Assembly (NCBI GenBank): GCA_964234715.1 | Contig: OZ174291.1 | Strand: one strand, 5' to 3' | DNA: 64,000 nucleotides | DNA from: Podarcis melisellensis | Lineage: Eukaryota | Shown: in pieces, positions 25,369 to 38,516 of the stretch | How positions within the stretch are numbered: the first letter of the stretch is position 1 | Layout of the letters: each line of letters starts with the position of its first letter | Notes under the pieces: generated by a model | What the model was told of the DNA's origin: nothing | The model's input: only the letters and a program-made list of their open reading frames with translations | Database searches by the model: none | Translations under genes and position numbers: made by a program

Positions 25369-26120
25369 TATATAAAATAAATACAATACATTTTTAAAAT
25401 CTGACACCAAAGGAAGGCACTGTTGTTGACATCTGCTCATCTTGAGAGACAATGGAGTGTGCCTATAGGTGTTAAGTCAAGCCACTGTGTTAGCAGCACT
25501 GAAGTGATCTCCCTGGGGCAAAAGCCTGGGCAGTGGGCATGGAGGTTTTGGCCAGCAGACAAATGAAAGTAGACCAATACGTTTGGCACCAGCTTGGCTG
25601 CATGAGTTGCTGGAAGGCAGCTTACAAGGCCCCATCCAACTGTCTTGGGGACTGTACTCCAGATTTGTGTAGTGTTTACTTGTTAGCCACTTCTTCATCT
25701 GAAGATATCCTGCAAGCCAGCAGAGGTTTAGGATCAGAGTTTTCCTTCTCCTTGATGGGCTACCTTCCCAGGTTGACAAGCACCATCTGCCCCACACTTC
25801 CCTAAACAACTCATGCAGAAACCACCTTCTTGATTGTTGGGCCCACTATTGGTCTCGTTAGCTCAATCCAAGCAGGGAAAGTCCCTAGCTCACCAAGGGT
25901 TTGAGGCCTATTGGCTACCCTCACTTGGTTTAGGGGGACAGTTGAAGCTGCTCCCGGGGTGTGGCCAATGTCTCATGCTGCCAGCTTCTGGGAGCCATCG
26001 GTGAGATTTGAGTGCAGGGTGGGGACCAAAGGTGGGCAAAATATCTGAAAAGGAGCATGTTGTGTCCCCAGACAGAGGCACTATCCCTCCCTGAACACCC
26101 TGAACACCCCAAAAGAATGC

Positions 26121-26214
26121 TATTATTACTATTACTATTACTATTACTACTATTACTATTATTACTATTATTACTGTTATTATTACTGTTACTATTACTA
26201 TTACTATTACTATT
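26121..26214. repeat. (TAT/TAC)n microsatellite
   Basis: Visible tandem triplets; explains the poly-L and poly-I/V ORFs. Confidence 0.95.
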
Positions 26215-26267
26215 CCCCAGTCGCTCTGGGCAGCTCCTAGCATCCTAGCAGAATATTAAAAACATGA

Positions 26268-26305
<38 letters not shown>

Positions 26306-27170
26306 GGAAGTTTTTAATGTTATATATATATATACCATATATATTTATGGTTAACAAGCAATTAGCAATCCCCCTTTCAGAAACTATCAAAACACTTTCA
26401 TTTATTAGCAACAAATCACAAACACAGATAGCTGAAATGATTATGATGGTGGATGTCATTCTTAGATTGCACCCATCAAAATCCATCAAGGGTGATGTCT
26501 GGCTTGTTCATTGTTTTCAGTTGGTCTACTCTCAGTATGGATAAACAACAGATCACCAAAAAGCTGCCATCTCTTCTATCGGCCCCATGCAATCTTGCAT
26601 ATTGATGGGACAGAGGATAGGATTTCTGATGCTTGTATAAGAATGAATATGGAAACAGGTGGCTATTCCAGGGTTTTATTACATCTTAGTTAAGTTTTGC
26701 ATTTTGTTGGCAACTTTGACATTATGAGTTGCAGAGAGATTGGAAATTCATGCAATCCGGGATGGCTGATGTAACAAGTGAATTTAATATTTGATCCCTT
26801 ATTTACTGGCACCATTTTCTAGTACAGGGCTGCTAAATCTGAAGTTCTCCAGATGTTTTGCTGGATCACAACTCCCATCATCACTGGTTACATCAAACCT
26901 ATTTCCCCCCAAAACGTTTTCTCACTAACACTGTCAAATAATGTTGCTTTAGTGGGTACCTGTATATATGATAACCTTGTGTCAATGAATATTAGAGCTT
27001 TACTTATACAGTTATTTTTTGAAACTGTATTTGAAGGGATCTCTTTTATTACAGGCAGGCGATGCAACCTGATTAAAAGCTAGCTTTACTTAATTTGTTA
27101 AGAGATGGCCATAAAAATTAAATGTGGAAGGATCTAGCAGTCTTTTTGTCTGCAGCTAGAAATTCATAAA

Positions 27171-27490
27171 GGGACGCGGTTGGCACTGTGGGTTAAACCA
27201 CAGAGCCTAGGGCTTGCTGATCAGAAGGTCGGCGGTTCAAATCCCCGCAACGGGGTGAGCTCCCGTTGCTCAGTCCCTGCTCCTGCCAACCTAGCAGTTC
27301 GAAAGCACATCAAAGTGCAAGTAGATAAATAGGTACCACTCTGGCAGGAAGGTAAACAGTATTTCCGTGCGCTGTCCTGGTTCACCAGAAGCGGCTTAGT
27401 CATGCTGGCCACATGACCTGGAAACGCCGCAACCCCAGAGTCAGCCACGACTGGACCTAATGGTCAGGAGTCCCTTTACCTTTACCTTTT
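27171..27490 (+). mobile_element. Sauria SINE
   Basis: gggacgcggttggcactgtggg head and cctttacctttacc tail; flanked by tagaaattcataaa duplication. Confidence 0.9.
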
Positions 27491-28411
27491 AGAAATTCAT
27501 AAACATAAAATCGGAAAACAGCAACTAGTTTAGCTACAGAAGCATGATGACTTTGGAACATAGCTCTTGTGGAGACACCAGTGAAGCATTTTAGAGCACC
27601 AAGGAACACAAAGACCAAAGATCATTTTGAAACTCTATGGTATATGTTAATCAACACAGTGGAAAGAACAATGCTGTTTCCTCACCACCAGCCACTCATT
27701 GCTCACTCTGGAACCATCAGTTAAGGCAAAGTGGAAGATACAAGTGATAAAAACCAACTGTAAACATTGAGACTAACCTGCTTAATATTTAACAGCACTG
27801 TCTGCATTGCTAATATGTGGAATGTTTCTTGGAAGGTGGGGGTACAAGAGGATTGTTTGTTTTTTAAAAAAAAATCAGAAAAATAAATAAAAAGAAAAAC
27901 CGCATCTAGTCCAGCATCCTGTGCCCAACCAGATTCAATGAAAAGCCCACAAGAAGGATGTGATTTTGATAGCCCTCTTCCCAATGGTTCACACTGCAGT
28001 GAAGGTAGAGAACGATGGCAATGTGTTGTGGCTGGAAAGATCAACTGAAATCCTGGATGTGAAAGTCAAGTAGCCCACTCTGAACACCCACGGCTACTTT
28101 AGCTATTTTGAAGAGAGAGAAATGGGGACAACGTATCTGTTGATCTGTCTGACAGAAAAGGAACATACAATCATTTCTTTTAACTTTGTTTTGCAGAGGA
28201 ATTAAGAAGCCAAGATCAAAAGTTTCAGAGTGGGAGAGACGCGTTGTGGGAAGTTGAGGAAATGCTAACACTTTTGTCTCATTTTTCATTCTTATTAAAA
28301 TAATTAGGAGGCCTGAGGCATATCACAAATTATTTGCTAATTCAAGCTTCAGAGGAACAGGGGGTGTATCCAAGCCAATTTTGGGGCCATTAGGGGATCC
28401 AGTCAAAAGAG

Positions 28412-28500
28412 TATAAAAGGGTTCCCTGGGCTGAGATATCTCAACAGCTTCCCTGAACTTCATCTCCTTCTCTCCATTTCTACTCTTCTGAGACTTTGGT
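28412..28500 (+). promoter_or_regulatory. g5 TATA, exon 1 and donor (type B)
   Basis: TATAAAA 28412-28418; agactttg|gtaagtca donor at 28499. Confidence 0.85.
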
Positions 28501-28511
28501 AAGTCACTTGT

Positions 28512-28644
28512 TCACTCGGTAGAGCATGAGGCTCTTAACCTCAGGGTCAAGGATTCGAGCCCCACACTGGGCAAAACGATTCCTGGATTGGTTGAGCTAG
28601 ATTACCCTCTTGTTCCCTTTCAACCCTACCATTCTATGAGTCTA
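28512..28644 (+). mobile_element. tRNA-Lys(CTT)-derived SINE in g5 intron
   Basis: tcggtagagcatgaggctcttaacctcagggtc..gattcgagccccac head; CR1-type attctatga 3' end. Confidence 0.7.
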
Positions 28645-29585
28645 CGCTGGGATCTTGCACTTGCATGATTCTTGCACTGGTCAGAGGGTTCAACTAACTG
28701 AATTCCAACTCTTTTATTCTGTGAGATGGATAGCTCTCCCCAGGGGTGCCAAATTGAATAAAATATGGGGGGCAGGTAAGCACGCCTACACCATTTGAAT
28801 GGCAATGCTAATCAACTTGGGGGGAGGGCAGCCCACTCAAATATTTTATGGGCTCGCCAAAGAGACCTTCAACCAGGAATCTTAATCCTTCATGTTGTTG
28901 GTTGGCTTCTTTTCTGTATCTATCTTATGAAATCATGTATTTAGCTGCCTTATAATAAGTTAGTCTCTTGGTCTATCCAAAGTGTTATCGTCTGCAATGA
29001 CCAGCTGTGACTCTCCAAAGTTTCAAGGAGGGGGCATTTACCAGCTCGACCTGCAGATTCCTGGAACTGAACCTGGCACTTTCTGCATGCAAACCATGCA
29101 TCCTGCCACTGAGCAATGACCCTATGACCCCTCCCATAGAAACAAAGAAAGAGCCTAGACTTCAAGGCTCTGTCTAAAGCGCTGACTTAAATAGAAGCAT
29201 ATGAAGTTGACCTGTACCATGTCAGACCACTGGCACCTAGTTCAGGATTGTCTACACTGACTAGAAGATGCTCTACACTGGACTTCAGGCAAGGGACATT
29301 CCCTGACATTCCTGGGACCATGAGGGATAAGATTTAGGACGCACAATGGAGAGAAAGGTTGTAGTGGACAATACAGAATGCATGAATCAGTGCTTAATGT
29401 TTGTTGAATAACAGAAAACAGCTGATTTTCAATCAAGGAGAAAAGAAGATGGTTTAAGGTGGGGAAAATGGGAATGGGGGAAATATCCTACTACCTCTGA
29501 CAGATTCCCTGCACTCCCAAGTGATGCACCCCACACTTATTTTCTCCCTTGGTGTTTTTGCTTTCAGACTCACCTCCATCCAACA

Positions 29586-30077
29586 ATGGTTGACTGTGGT
29601 CCATCCTGTGCTGTCCCATCCTGTGCTTCCACCCCCACTGTTGGGTTTGGCTCAGCAGGAGGTCTTGGCTATGGTGGTCTCGGCTATGGATTGGGAGGTC
29701 TCGGCTATGGAAATGGAGGATTCGGCTACGGATATGGTGGTCTTGGCTATGGAAATGGAGGTGCTGAAAGAGCAGCCAACCTTGGAGTCCTGGCAGGAGT
29801 TATCCCATCCTGCATCAACCAAATCCCACCAGCAGAGGTCGTGGTCCAGCCACCTGCCTGCGTTGTGACCATCCCAGGGCCCATCCTCTCTGCCAGCTGT
29901 GAGCCTGTGGCTGTTGGAGGCAACACTCCATGTGCTGTTGGTGGTTCCGGGATCGTAGGAGGCTATGGGGGCTTGGGCTATGGGTCTGGTCTCCTTGGAA
30001 GCTCTGGGGGTTTCGGCTATGGTTTGGGCTACGGGAGGGGAAGGAAGTTCGGGCGTCGTTTTAGCATCTGTGCATAG
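29586..30077 (+). CDS. Corneous beta-protein g5, 163 aa
   Basis: Acceptor AG 29566-29567; CBP core; tail GRGRKFGRRFSICA; AATAAA 30302-30307. Confidence 0.95.
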   Translation: MVDCGPSCAVPSCASTPTVGFGSAGGLGYGGLGYGLGGLGYGNGGFGYGYGGLGYGNGGAERAANLGVLAGVIPSCINQIPPAEVVVQPPACVVTIPGPILSASCEPVAVGGNTPCAVGGSGIVGGYGGLGYGSGLLGSSGGFGYGLGYGRGRKFGRRFSICA

Positions 30078-30493
30078 GCCAATTAAACCTAAGAAACATA
30101 TTATGAACTGATAATCAGAGAGCTTGATACAGATCCATTGGGTGTGGTTCAAAAGAGCTAAATCCCAGGATCCACTGCTGAAGTTGAACCCTCTTCTTCC
30201 CCCACCTCTTTGCTTTGAAGTCCAGAAAACTAAGATGCTTATATGCTAAATTTCTTCTGTATTTCTCATACAGCTATCAATGTCATTTCTTGAATCTTTT
30301 CAATAAAGCTTTTGGCGCATTACAGTAACCCATGTGTGTTGGTTTTTGTAACACCTGACCTCAGTTACACACAGCAAGCCATCCAGCTGACTGAAGTAAT
30401 TTTTGTCTAAATTAAAACGGGAATGTGTCTCAAGGCATGTTTGCCAACAAAAATTTGTCAGATGTTTGGAGGTTTTATACTTCAACTTTAAGA

Positions 30494-30634
30494 GATTCTG
30501 GGCTGGTAGGAAGCTATGGCTATGGGTCAGGTCTCCTTGGAAGACATTTTGGTGGCTACCTTGGAGGTCTGAGGAGGGGTGGGCTCCTTGGAAGGAAATC
30601 CCTGCTGGGATGTTGTGGTCATACATACTTTTAG
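30494..30634 (+). pseudogene. Orphan CBP C-terminal tail (displaced original 3' end of g5)
   Basis: DSGLVGSYGYGSGLLGRHFGGYLGGLRRGGLLGRKSLLGCCGHTYF*, collinear with the g7 tail. g7-like 3'UTR follows, with ATTAAA at 30932-30937. Confidence 0.88.
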
Positions 30635-31720
30635 ATATATTGAAGTCTTGAAGAACATATTTGTGATGATGACAGGAATGACCCTGAATGGGTGAAGATG
30701 ATGCAGTGTCTTGTCCTGGGACCATCCTAGAAGCCAACATCTTTTGCATGATTGATTGATTGATTGATTGATCTTTTGCATGAATTTCAGCCATGTTTCC
30801 TTCCTCCTTCTTTCCCCCTTGAAAGTATTTAATCCATGAATGAGTTCAGAGCTACATTGTACTAAATCCGCCTTTGCTTTGTTCATTTCTGCTATCTGTA
30901 CACTTGTCTACTTGACACTATCCATATTTGCATTAAAAAGCATTCTGTCATCGACTCGCTCCCTCTCCCTCTCTTGTTTGATTTGGCATCTTATGGTGAA
31001 AATTCCCCCAAAAAGAATACCAGGGTAGTCTCCCATGTTTGAAAAATCCTGGAATATGTTGGTCTAGAAGACCCTGAGCTAACTGAGAACTTAAGGGGCA
31101 CTTAATAGGTTCAGAAGGCAGTGCACGAGTGGGGAAACATTGGCCTTCCCGATATTGCTGACCACCACACCTGGCATTAGGTATATTTTGTTTCAGACCT
31201 CATAATTGCTATTTCTTTTTTAAAAAAACTTTTTAAATTCAAAATTAAAACAAAACATATTATCCAGAAACATATCATCCTTATTTTCCCCCCATTTTTC
31301 CTCCCTCCCCCCACCCTCCCGTACAAAACCTACCCACCCCCACCCCCCGGCTTCCCTCAGTTCCAGTCTTTGATTTCTCTGAGAATGCTGTTTTCTGCAT
31401 GTTACAAAGTTGTATAGATCCTCAAACTATTTAGCTGATTATTATAAATGGCAGCTGATTTTGCCATTTCAGCGTATTCTATCAGTTTCATAAGCCATTC
31501 CTCCTTAGTTGGTAATCCTTTCCAATCCACTTCTGACTTCCAACTCTACAACGATATGATTCTATGAATATGCACACCACTCCTCTCCTCATTTGAGTTT
31601 CCCAGACACTGGTATTCAGAGAGATATTAGCTGCAACAGTGTAAGGGGAATATAGTCATCATGACTAATGACCACTGATTGCCTCCCCACCCAACCAATG
31701 AATTTGCCTAATCCTCTCTT

Positions 31721-32069
31721 GTTGTTATTGTTTAGTCGTGTCTGACTCTTCGTGACCCCATGGACCAGAGCACGCCAGGCCCTCCTGTCTTCCACTGCCT
31801 CCCGCAGTTTGGTCAAACTTATGTTGGTAGCTTCGAGAACACTGTCCAATCCACTCCTTCTCTGTCGTCCCCTTCTCCTTGTGCCCTCCATCTTTCCCAA
31901 CATCAGGGTCTTTTCCAGGGGGTCTTCTATTCTCATGAGGTGGCCAAAGTCTTGGAGCCTCAGCTTCAGGATCTGTCCTTCCAGTGAGCACTCAGGACTG
32001 ATTTCCTTAAGAATGGATAGGTTTGATCTTCTTGCAGTCCACGGGACTCTCAAGAGTCTCCTCCAGCAC
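31721..32069 (-). mobile_element. BovB LINE 3' fragment with TSD
   Basis: BovB ORF end; TSD aatcctctctt at 31710-31720 and 32070-32080. Confidence 0.92.
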
Positions 32070-32379
32070 AATCCTCTCTTAGCAACATCCAAGTTGATGG
32101 CCATCTCTTTAATTGTTGTAGGAGGGAATACCATTATTCAAATATATTCTGTGTGAAGTCCCTCCCCGCTGGGTCCTAAATAGTTCAACAGTCAGTTCTA
32201 GTCTTATGAGAGAAGGAGACAAGCAAGGTGGCTTTCATGTCATGAACCACAAACAAACCAAACTATTATATGGGAGAAGCCCAAAGGATAAATGTTTATG
32301 GGATTGATGTTTTGTTCAGATATGTGTGTGCAACATGATTCAGCTAAGGTCATTAAAACATATTACTGAAAGAAAATCA

Positions 32380-34390
32380 TTGATATGGAAAATATCCATA
32401 TTGTTTCTATAAATGTATGAGGGCTGGGGGATGCCGTCAAATGATGGAGGGTCTCTGACTGTACTAGAGGCCCTACATTATTATTTTTCTATAACAGACA
32501 CCCCATGTGACCACTACTAATAGATTATTATCCCACTTCTACTTTGGTAGTAACTGTATGGCAGCTGGAAATAGGTATTCCAGAGGGGTGACCATATTTA
32601 TATTTCAGGTATAAAAATAAAAACCAAGACAGAGGGGGAAATATTTTTGCTGCTGGGGAACTATACAATCATCCCCTTACTTTCACATCTGTTTACTCTC
32701 GGAGTAGTAATCCACCCACTTTATAGCTCAAATGCTTAGGTGTTTGCAAAATAATAAAAAAAAAATTGGCGAGATTATATTTTCTTGGAATTTGAATGTT
32801 AATTGTAACAAACTTGTTCTCAACAGAATTTCCAGCACATCACTTGACCAGTAATCTGGAAAGAAGAGTATGTTCCCATTTTTGAACATGTGCAATTTAG
32901 TGGATGTGTGGCATTTTCTGAATTGGACAGCTGTAGAAAATACAGTGGTACCTCGGGTTAAGTACTTAATTCGTTCCGGTGGTCTGTTCTTAAACTGAAA
33001 CTGTTCTTAACCTGAAGCACCACTTTAGCTAATGGGGCCTCCTGCTGCTGCCGCACCGTCGGAGCACGATTTCTGTTCTCATCCTGAAGCAAAGTTCTTA
33101 ACCCGAGGTACTATTTCTGGGTTAGCGGAGTCTGTAACCTGAAACGTATGTAACCTGAAGCGTATGTCACCCGAGGTACCACTGTATTTTTTTTTTCTTC
33201 CAAGCTTCGGTTATTAACAGAAATTGCAAATATTCTAGTCTTTATATTGGAATTAAACATATTTAAATTGAAGCTATAATCCTATCAGATCATTCCCCTA
33301 TTATACCATGATATCTCAGAGGAGGCAAACCAAATGGCTATAACAAATTATTTCAACAGGAATGCCTCACCTGATGTCCAACACAATATTCTTGGGGATG
33401 TCTGAGGCATTTGCATTGTGGATGATACTAAAAGAAATTGAGCTCTCTTCCAAAGACACAAATCATGGCAGAATGCAAGATTTGGAATTAAAGCATAAAG
33501 GAGCTGGCCCCAATCATATACATGCCAAAATAATTGCCAAAAGAAAATAACTAGAGGCTCTCAAATTACACAAAATTGCTAAATCAATACTGTTCTTACT
33601 GTTCAATACTGTTCTTAAAACAGAACTATTATGAGGCAGGGTATAGAAACACTAAATTAATAGCAATTATTCCAACTATAAGAAAACTTAAATCTCACAT
33701 TACTGCTATAAATCAAGCAAATGTCCAATTGATGTATGACCCCAAAGAAATCAATATCCTTTTTTTTGCAAGCTACTATTTAAAGTTATATGGATAATCA
33801 CACCCCAAAGGGAAGATATTACTTATACTAATTACTAATGAAGCCAATTTTGCAGCCAATTGACCATACCTATAGAGAAGTTTTAAATTAGGAAATTTCA
33901 GGAGAAGAAAGTAAATATGCTACACAAAAGTTGGAAAAATGATAGAGCCCTGGGTCATCCATCATTTTATATATATATTATATTATATTGTGAGGAGGCA
34001 AAATCCCTGATACTTAGTTCTGCATCATAATCATTCCCAAGTCAGGGCATGGTTGGGAGGATGCAGATTCTTATTGACCCATAACCCTCTTAAATAGACC
34101 CCCCAAAAGTTCACATTTATTTTATTTCATGTTATTTATAGATCTACGATGTGAGGCATTCGACTGCCCTGAAAAGGATTGTTTTAAGACAGTTCTAGTT
34201 TATGGCCCTGGATTTAAAGTTTTAAGAACGGTAAAAAAACTATGAACCAAGGATTTTGCATCAATCTGGACAAATTCAGCTAATATTCTATACTGAAATA
34301 CTGTGAAAGCTGAAACAGAGATATCTGTTGCCTCCCTTTCTCATTGGAGACACTCACTGAAGCAATATGGAATAATCCAAACCTTTATGG
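32380..34390 (+). mobile_element. Highly decayed L1-like ORF2
   Basis: Remnant LKQNYYEAGYRNTKLIA motif and A-rich composition; interrupted by a MITE. Confidence 0.5.
32943..33184. mobile_element. Tc1/mariner MITE
   Basis: TIRs CAGTGGTACCTCGGGT / ACCCGAGGTACCACTG with TA duplication. Confidence 0.9.
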
Positions 34391-34494
34391 CTGGTGAGGA
34401 GAGGGTGGCGAATGGGGGTGGTGACTAGATTGTCAAAGTAGGACCTGGGAGACCAAGAGTTGAATACCCACTTGGCCATGAAGCTCACACACCT

Positions 34495-34641
34495 CTGCAC
34501 ACATTCCAGCGTGCCAATATCCTTCTTAAACTGGACACAGTATTCCAGGTGTGGTTAGACCAAGGCTGCATAGAGTGGTACTATTACTTCCCTTGATCTG
34601 GACACTAGACATCTGTTGGTGCAACCTAGAATAGCAATAGC

Positions 34642-34672
<31 letters not shown>

Positions 34673-34740
34673 CTGCTTCATCACACTGTTGACTCATGTT
34701 AAGCTTGTGGTCCACCAAGACTCCTAAATCCTTTTTACAT
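34495..34740 (-). mobile_element. CR1 LINE fragment
   Basis: actggacacagtattccag and cacactgttgactcatgtt...tccaccaaga match the CR1 ORF2 3' region. Confidence 0.65.
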
Positions 34741-34904
34741 GTGCAGTGGTACCTCTGGTTACGAACTTAATTCTTAGCTCCAGTTTCAAGGCAAGTTTCC
34801 CCCCTGAATGAATAACTATTCATGGCACTCTGAAGGATGACACTGCACTCGTGTTGAAAAAGAGGGAAATGTGAATTTTATCCAGATGACTATATCTTAA
34901 TTTA

Positions 34905-35450
34905 TTTCTTTTTTTTCTCCAAGTGAATTTTTATTGTTTTCCTTACATATTCTTTTCCAACAAATTGTAATAGCACCATACATTCCCTTTGACTCTGCCG
35001 AGTCGTGACCCCCCTCCCTCCCCACAACTGGTATATTTATCCTCTTTCCATTACACACATCATTCTCATATTAATACTATTATACATTGGAGGTATTATG
35101 TCAATCCTGCTAGTGTCTTGACCTCTTTACAATTCTTCTTTAAATATTCAATATATTTACTCCAGTTATTTTGGTATCTTTGATCTCCCTGGTCCCGGAT
35201 CCTCCCTGACAGTTTGGCAAGTTCTGCATATTCTGTCAACTTCGCCTGCCACTCCTGAATAGTTGGTATATCTTGTACTTTCCATCTTTGGGCCAGAAGG
35301 GTCCTCGCAGCAGCTGTAGCATACATGAACAAATTTTGATCTTCTATTTTAATTTCTGTTTCTATTAAGCCTAATAGACACGCTTCCGGTCTTTTGCGGA
35401 AAGTATATCTAAATATTTTTTTGAGTTCATTATAAATTGATTCCCAATTT
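34905..35450 (-). mobile_element. L1-clade LINE 3' fragment
   Basis: FMYATAAARTLLAQRWK...EWQAKLTEYAELAKL; poly-A end. Confidence 0.8.
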
Positions 35451-35834
35451 ATGGGAATCTATCTTAATTTATTTCCACATATAAGGAAAGCATTCAGGGT
35501 GCTAGAATGGAGGGCTTCCCCCCCCCCACACACCCCAGTTTTAATATGGGCAAAGGGGGCTTCACATACCTGAAGTCCTGAACAGCTTGCTATGAAGAAC
35601 TGAGGCTTAGTGTTCAAAAACCAAGACACAAACATTCTAAGAATGAAGAAGCTTTATTGAAAAGTTCAAGGAAATGGTACATAGAGTTGTAAAAGAAGCA
35701 AGGAAGACGAACAGTGTGGAAGGATCTTATTCTTCTCTACTTTAAAATAAAGGGGGGGGTGATTTTTCAGCCATGGTTATTTAGATTCAGCACTTGGATA
35801 TCAGTTCAGGATATGCTTCTCAGGTTTAATTGGC

Positions 35835-36338
35835 CTATGAACAGATGCTAAAACGACGCCCGAACCTCTTTCCAAGGAGTGCTCCCCTCCCGTAACCCAA
35901 ACCATAGCCGAAGCCCCCAGAGCTTCCAAGGAGACCAGACCCAAAGCCCAAGCCCCCATAGCCTCCTACGATCCCGGAACCACCAACGGCACATGGAGTG
36001 TTGCCTCCAACAGCCACAGGCTCACAGCTGGCAGAGAGGATGGGCCCTGGGATGGTCAGAACGGAGGCAGGTGGCTGGATCATGACCTCTGCTGGTGGGA
36101 TCTGGTTGATGCAGGATGGGGCAACTCCTGCCAGGACTCCGAGGTTGGCTGCTCTTTCAGCACCTCCATAGCCATAGCCGAGACCACCAAAACCGTAGCC
36201 GAATCCTCCATTTCCATAGCCGAGACCTCCCAATCCATAGCCAAGACCACCATAGCCAAGACCTCCTGCTGAGCCAAACCCAACGGTGGGGGTGGAAGCA
36301 CAGGATGGGACAGCACAGGATGGACCACAGTCAACCAT
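35835..36338 (-). CDS. Corneous beta-protein g6, 167 aa
   Basis: CBP N-terminus and core; tail GKRFGRRFSICS; acceptor 36357-36358; polyA signal 35653-35658. Confidence 0.95.
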   Translation of the reverse strand: MVDCGPSCAVPSCASTPTVGFGSAGGLGYGGLGYGLGGLGYGNGGFGYGFGGLGYGYGGAERAANLGVLAGVAPSCINQIPPAEVMIQPPASVLTIPGPILSASCEPVAVGGNTPCAVGGSGIVGGYGGLGFGSGLLGSSGGFGYGLGYGRGALLGKRFGRRFSICS

Positions 36339-36831
36339 TGTTGGGTGGAGGTGAGTCTGAAAGCAAAAACACCAAGGGACAGAATAAGTGTAGGGTACAT
36401 CACTTCAGTGGGGGTGGACCACAGTCAACCATGGCTGAAGAAGAATCTAAAGTATATAATTGAAGAACTGAGTTGAATATGGAGCATGGAAACCAAAGAG
36501 GACCAAATAATTATAAAAGCTGAGATATAAGGTACATCAGGGGGAGTCAGTGTGTAGTTTTTTCTGATGTTGCAGACTTCAACTCCCATCAGACCCAAGC
36601 AGCATGAACAACAGAGAAGGGTGATGAGACTATAGGAACCTCACTATAACTACTGAGTGAGAACTACACCCCTGTGGTAGAAAAATAAGAAAATACTCAT
36701 AGATATTGGAAGGATGATTCAGTGATGATGCTCTGAATTTTAAATAGCATGCTATGTCTACAATACAATCAAAAACATTTTTTTTTTGACATGCTGGAGC
36801 TCAATAAACCATTTTCTAGCATGGTAGGAAT

Positions 36832-36892
<61 letters not shown>

Positions 36893-37525
36893 CTGCAATC
36901 CTTTATCTATTTACCTGGGATTAAGCATCTGTGAACACAATAGGGCTTACATATCAGTAAAATGCAGATATTTTGTGCCACAAAATAGAGAAGTGTGCCT
37001 GTGTGCATGCGAGCACCTGTCTGTTTATCCCTGACTGTGTTTAAATTACATTCAGGGAGACAATGGAAATCTGGTGGTGCCTTCCAAATATCACAATTCT
37101 CCCCAACATATTTAGAGTTCATTAATATGAATTTCCCACTTTAGCCTTCCTAAATGTAAGGTGGCAGAGCCAGCCTCTAACTCCCATCTGCCTCAGCCAG
37201 CATGCCAAATGGCCAAGGATGATGGGAGTTTTGGCTCAACAACATGCGCAAGATTCCTCTTTCTCCTCTTTTCCCCTAGACATATGTCCCAACCAGCCAG
37301 GGATCACATATTAAATATAACTACAGAGGGTAAAGTAGGGTTGGGGAAATTGTGGCCCTCCAGTTGTTCAATATCCCAAGTCACCTTCGGCATCATTCCT
37401 GATGGTCAGGGATGATGTGAGCAACATCTCAAGGACCACAGGATAGCCATCCCTGTCCTAACTGGAAAGTCCATCTAGCCTATCCTTTGACAACTCTGGG
37501 AATATTCCACCTAGAAAATAGACTT

Positions 37526-37609
37526 ACCTGCTTCTTTGAGAAGATGAAGTAAAGATGGAAGAGTCAGATGGAGCTGTTGGAGGAACTGAAGGAAGTCTGA
37601 GCTTTTATA
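37526..37609 (-). promoter_or_regulatory. g6 TATA, exon 1 and donor (type A)
   Basis: Minus-strand TATAAAA 37603-37609; aagcag|gtaagt donor at 37526-37527. Confidence 0.85.
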
Positions 37610-38467
37610 CAGTTCTGCCAGCCTCCCCAGTACGTAAGGTGCTGCCCCTTTCCAGCTAATCGTTGTTGGCAATTGTTCTTTCATGTGCAAAAAAAAAAAA
37701 TCAGTTTACGAAGCACAAAGAGGGAGGCCACAAAATTAAACTGTGGTAACAGTGCAACATAATCATGACACCTATCCCTTTGTGCCTCCCTTCCTTTTAA
37801 TTTTGCTGACCTCGAGTCAAATAGCTCCACTTTGTCTGATGTTTTAAAGCAGAAACACCCCGAGGGAGGAGATGGAGATCATCAAAGCACTTTCATCAGC
37901 ACCGGGGTCTGTAGGACATCATCAAAGCTTTTTGCATATGCATACAGGATTCTGAGACATCTCCAGTAACAGTGGAAAACGGTGTCCTTGAATGCCACAG
38001 GTACATCAGAAGAGTCCTGCTGAACAAGGCCAAAAAGCCCATCAAATATGACATCCCTTTCTTTCACTTGCCCACCAGATCCCTTACCAAAATGCTAGCA
38101 AGCCGGACCTGAGTCCAGCAACACCAACACCAGTTGGAAGGAAAGAGTTGGAAAGAGCTACTTCCCCCATGCTTTCCTTCTGGGATAACCAAGAAGTATC
38201 TCGTTGTCCACTGTATGAAACAAGATGCTAGAGGATATAGCTGTTTGGTTTGAGCCAACTGCAATGCTCTTTATATTCTTATCTTCTCCATTTGAACTCG
38301 CTCTGGAATGTCAGAGATGTTTCCTTCAGCCTAGCAAAGTTTAGGGTTAATTTGAAGTGGTGTACTTCACAGCAGGAGCAGTCCTTATTTGAAAATAAGA
38401 GAAGTAGTAGTGTATGTTTGTATGTGTTTAAGAGATGTAGATACCCTCCCCCCACACACACACAAAC

Positions 38468-38469
<2 letters not shown>

Positions 38470-38516
<47 letters not shown>

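Noticed and set aside
25908-26248. Poly-Leu and poly-Ile/Val ORFs resembling membrane proteins
   Set aside because: Translation of a (TAT/TAC)n microsatellite.
28512-28573. Possible tRNA-Lys gene; also tRNA-like heads at about 3694, 3805 and 13095
   Set aside because: Acceptor stem is missing or mismatched and SINE body follows, so these are SINE heads.
30425-30634. Orphan tails as alternative 3' coding exons, or the 69-aa ORF as a gene
   Set aside because: No convincing polypyrimidine acceptor before the orphans and no matching donor identified after the core. The 57860 orphan is frameshifted and has a stop. The 69-aa ORF starts in copied flank sequence.
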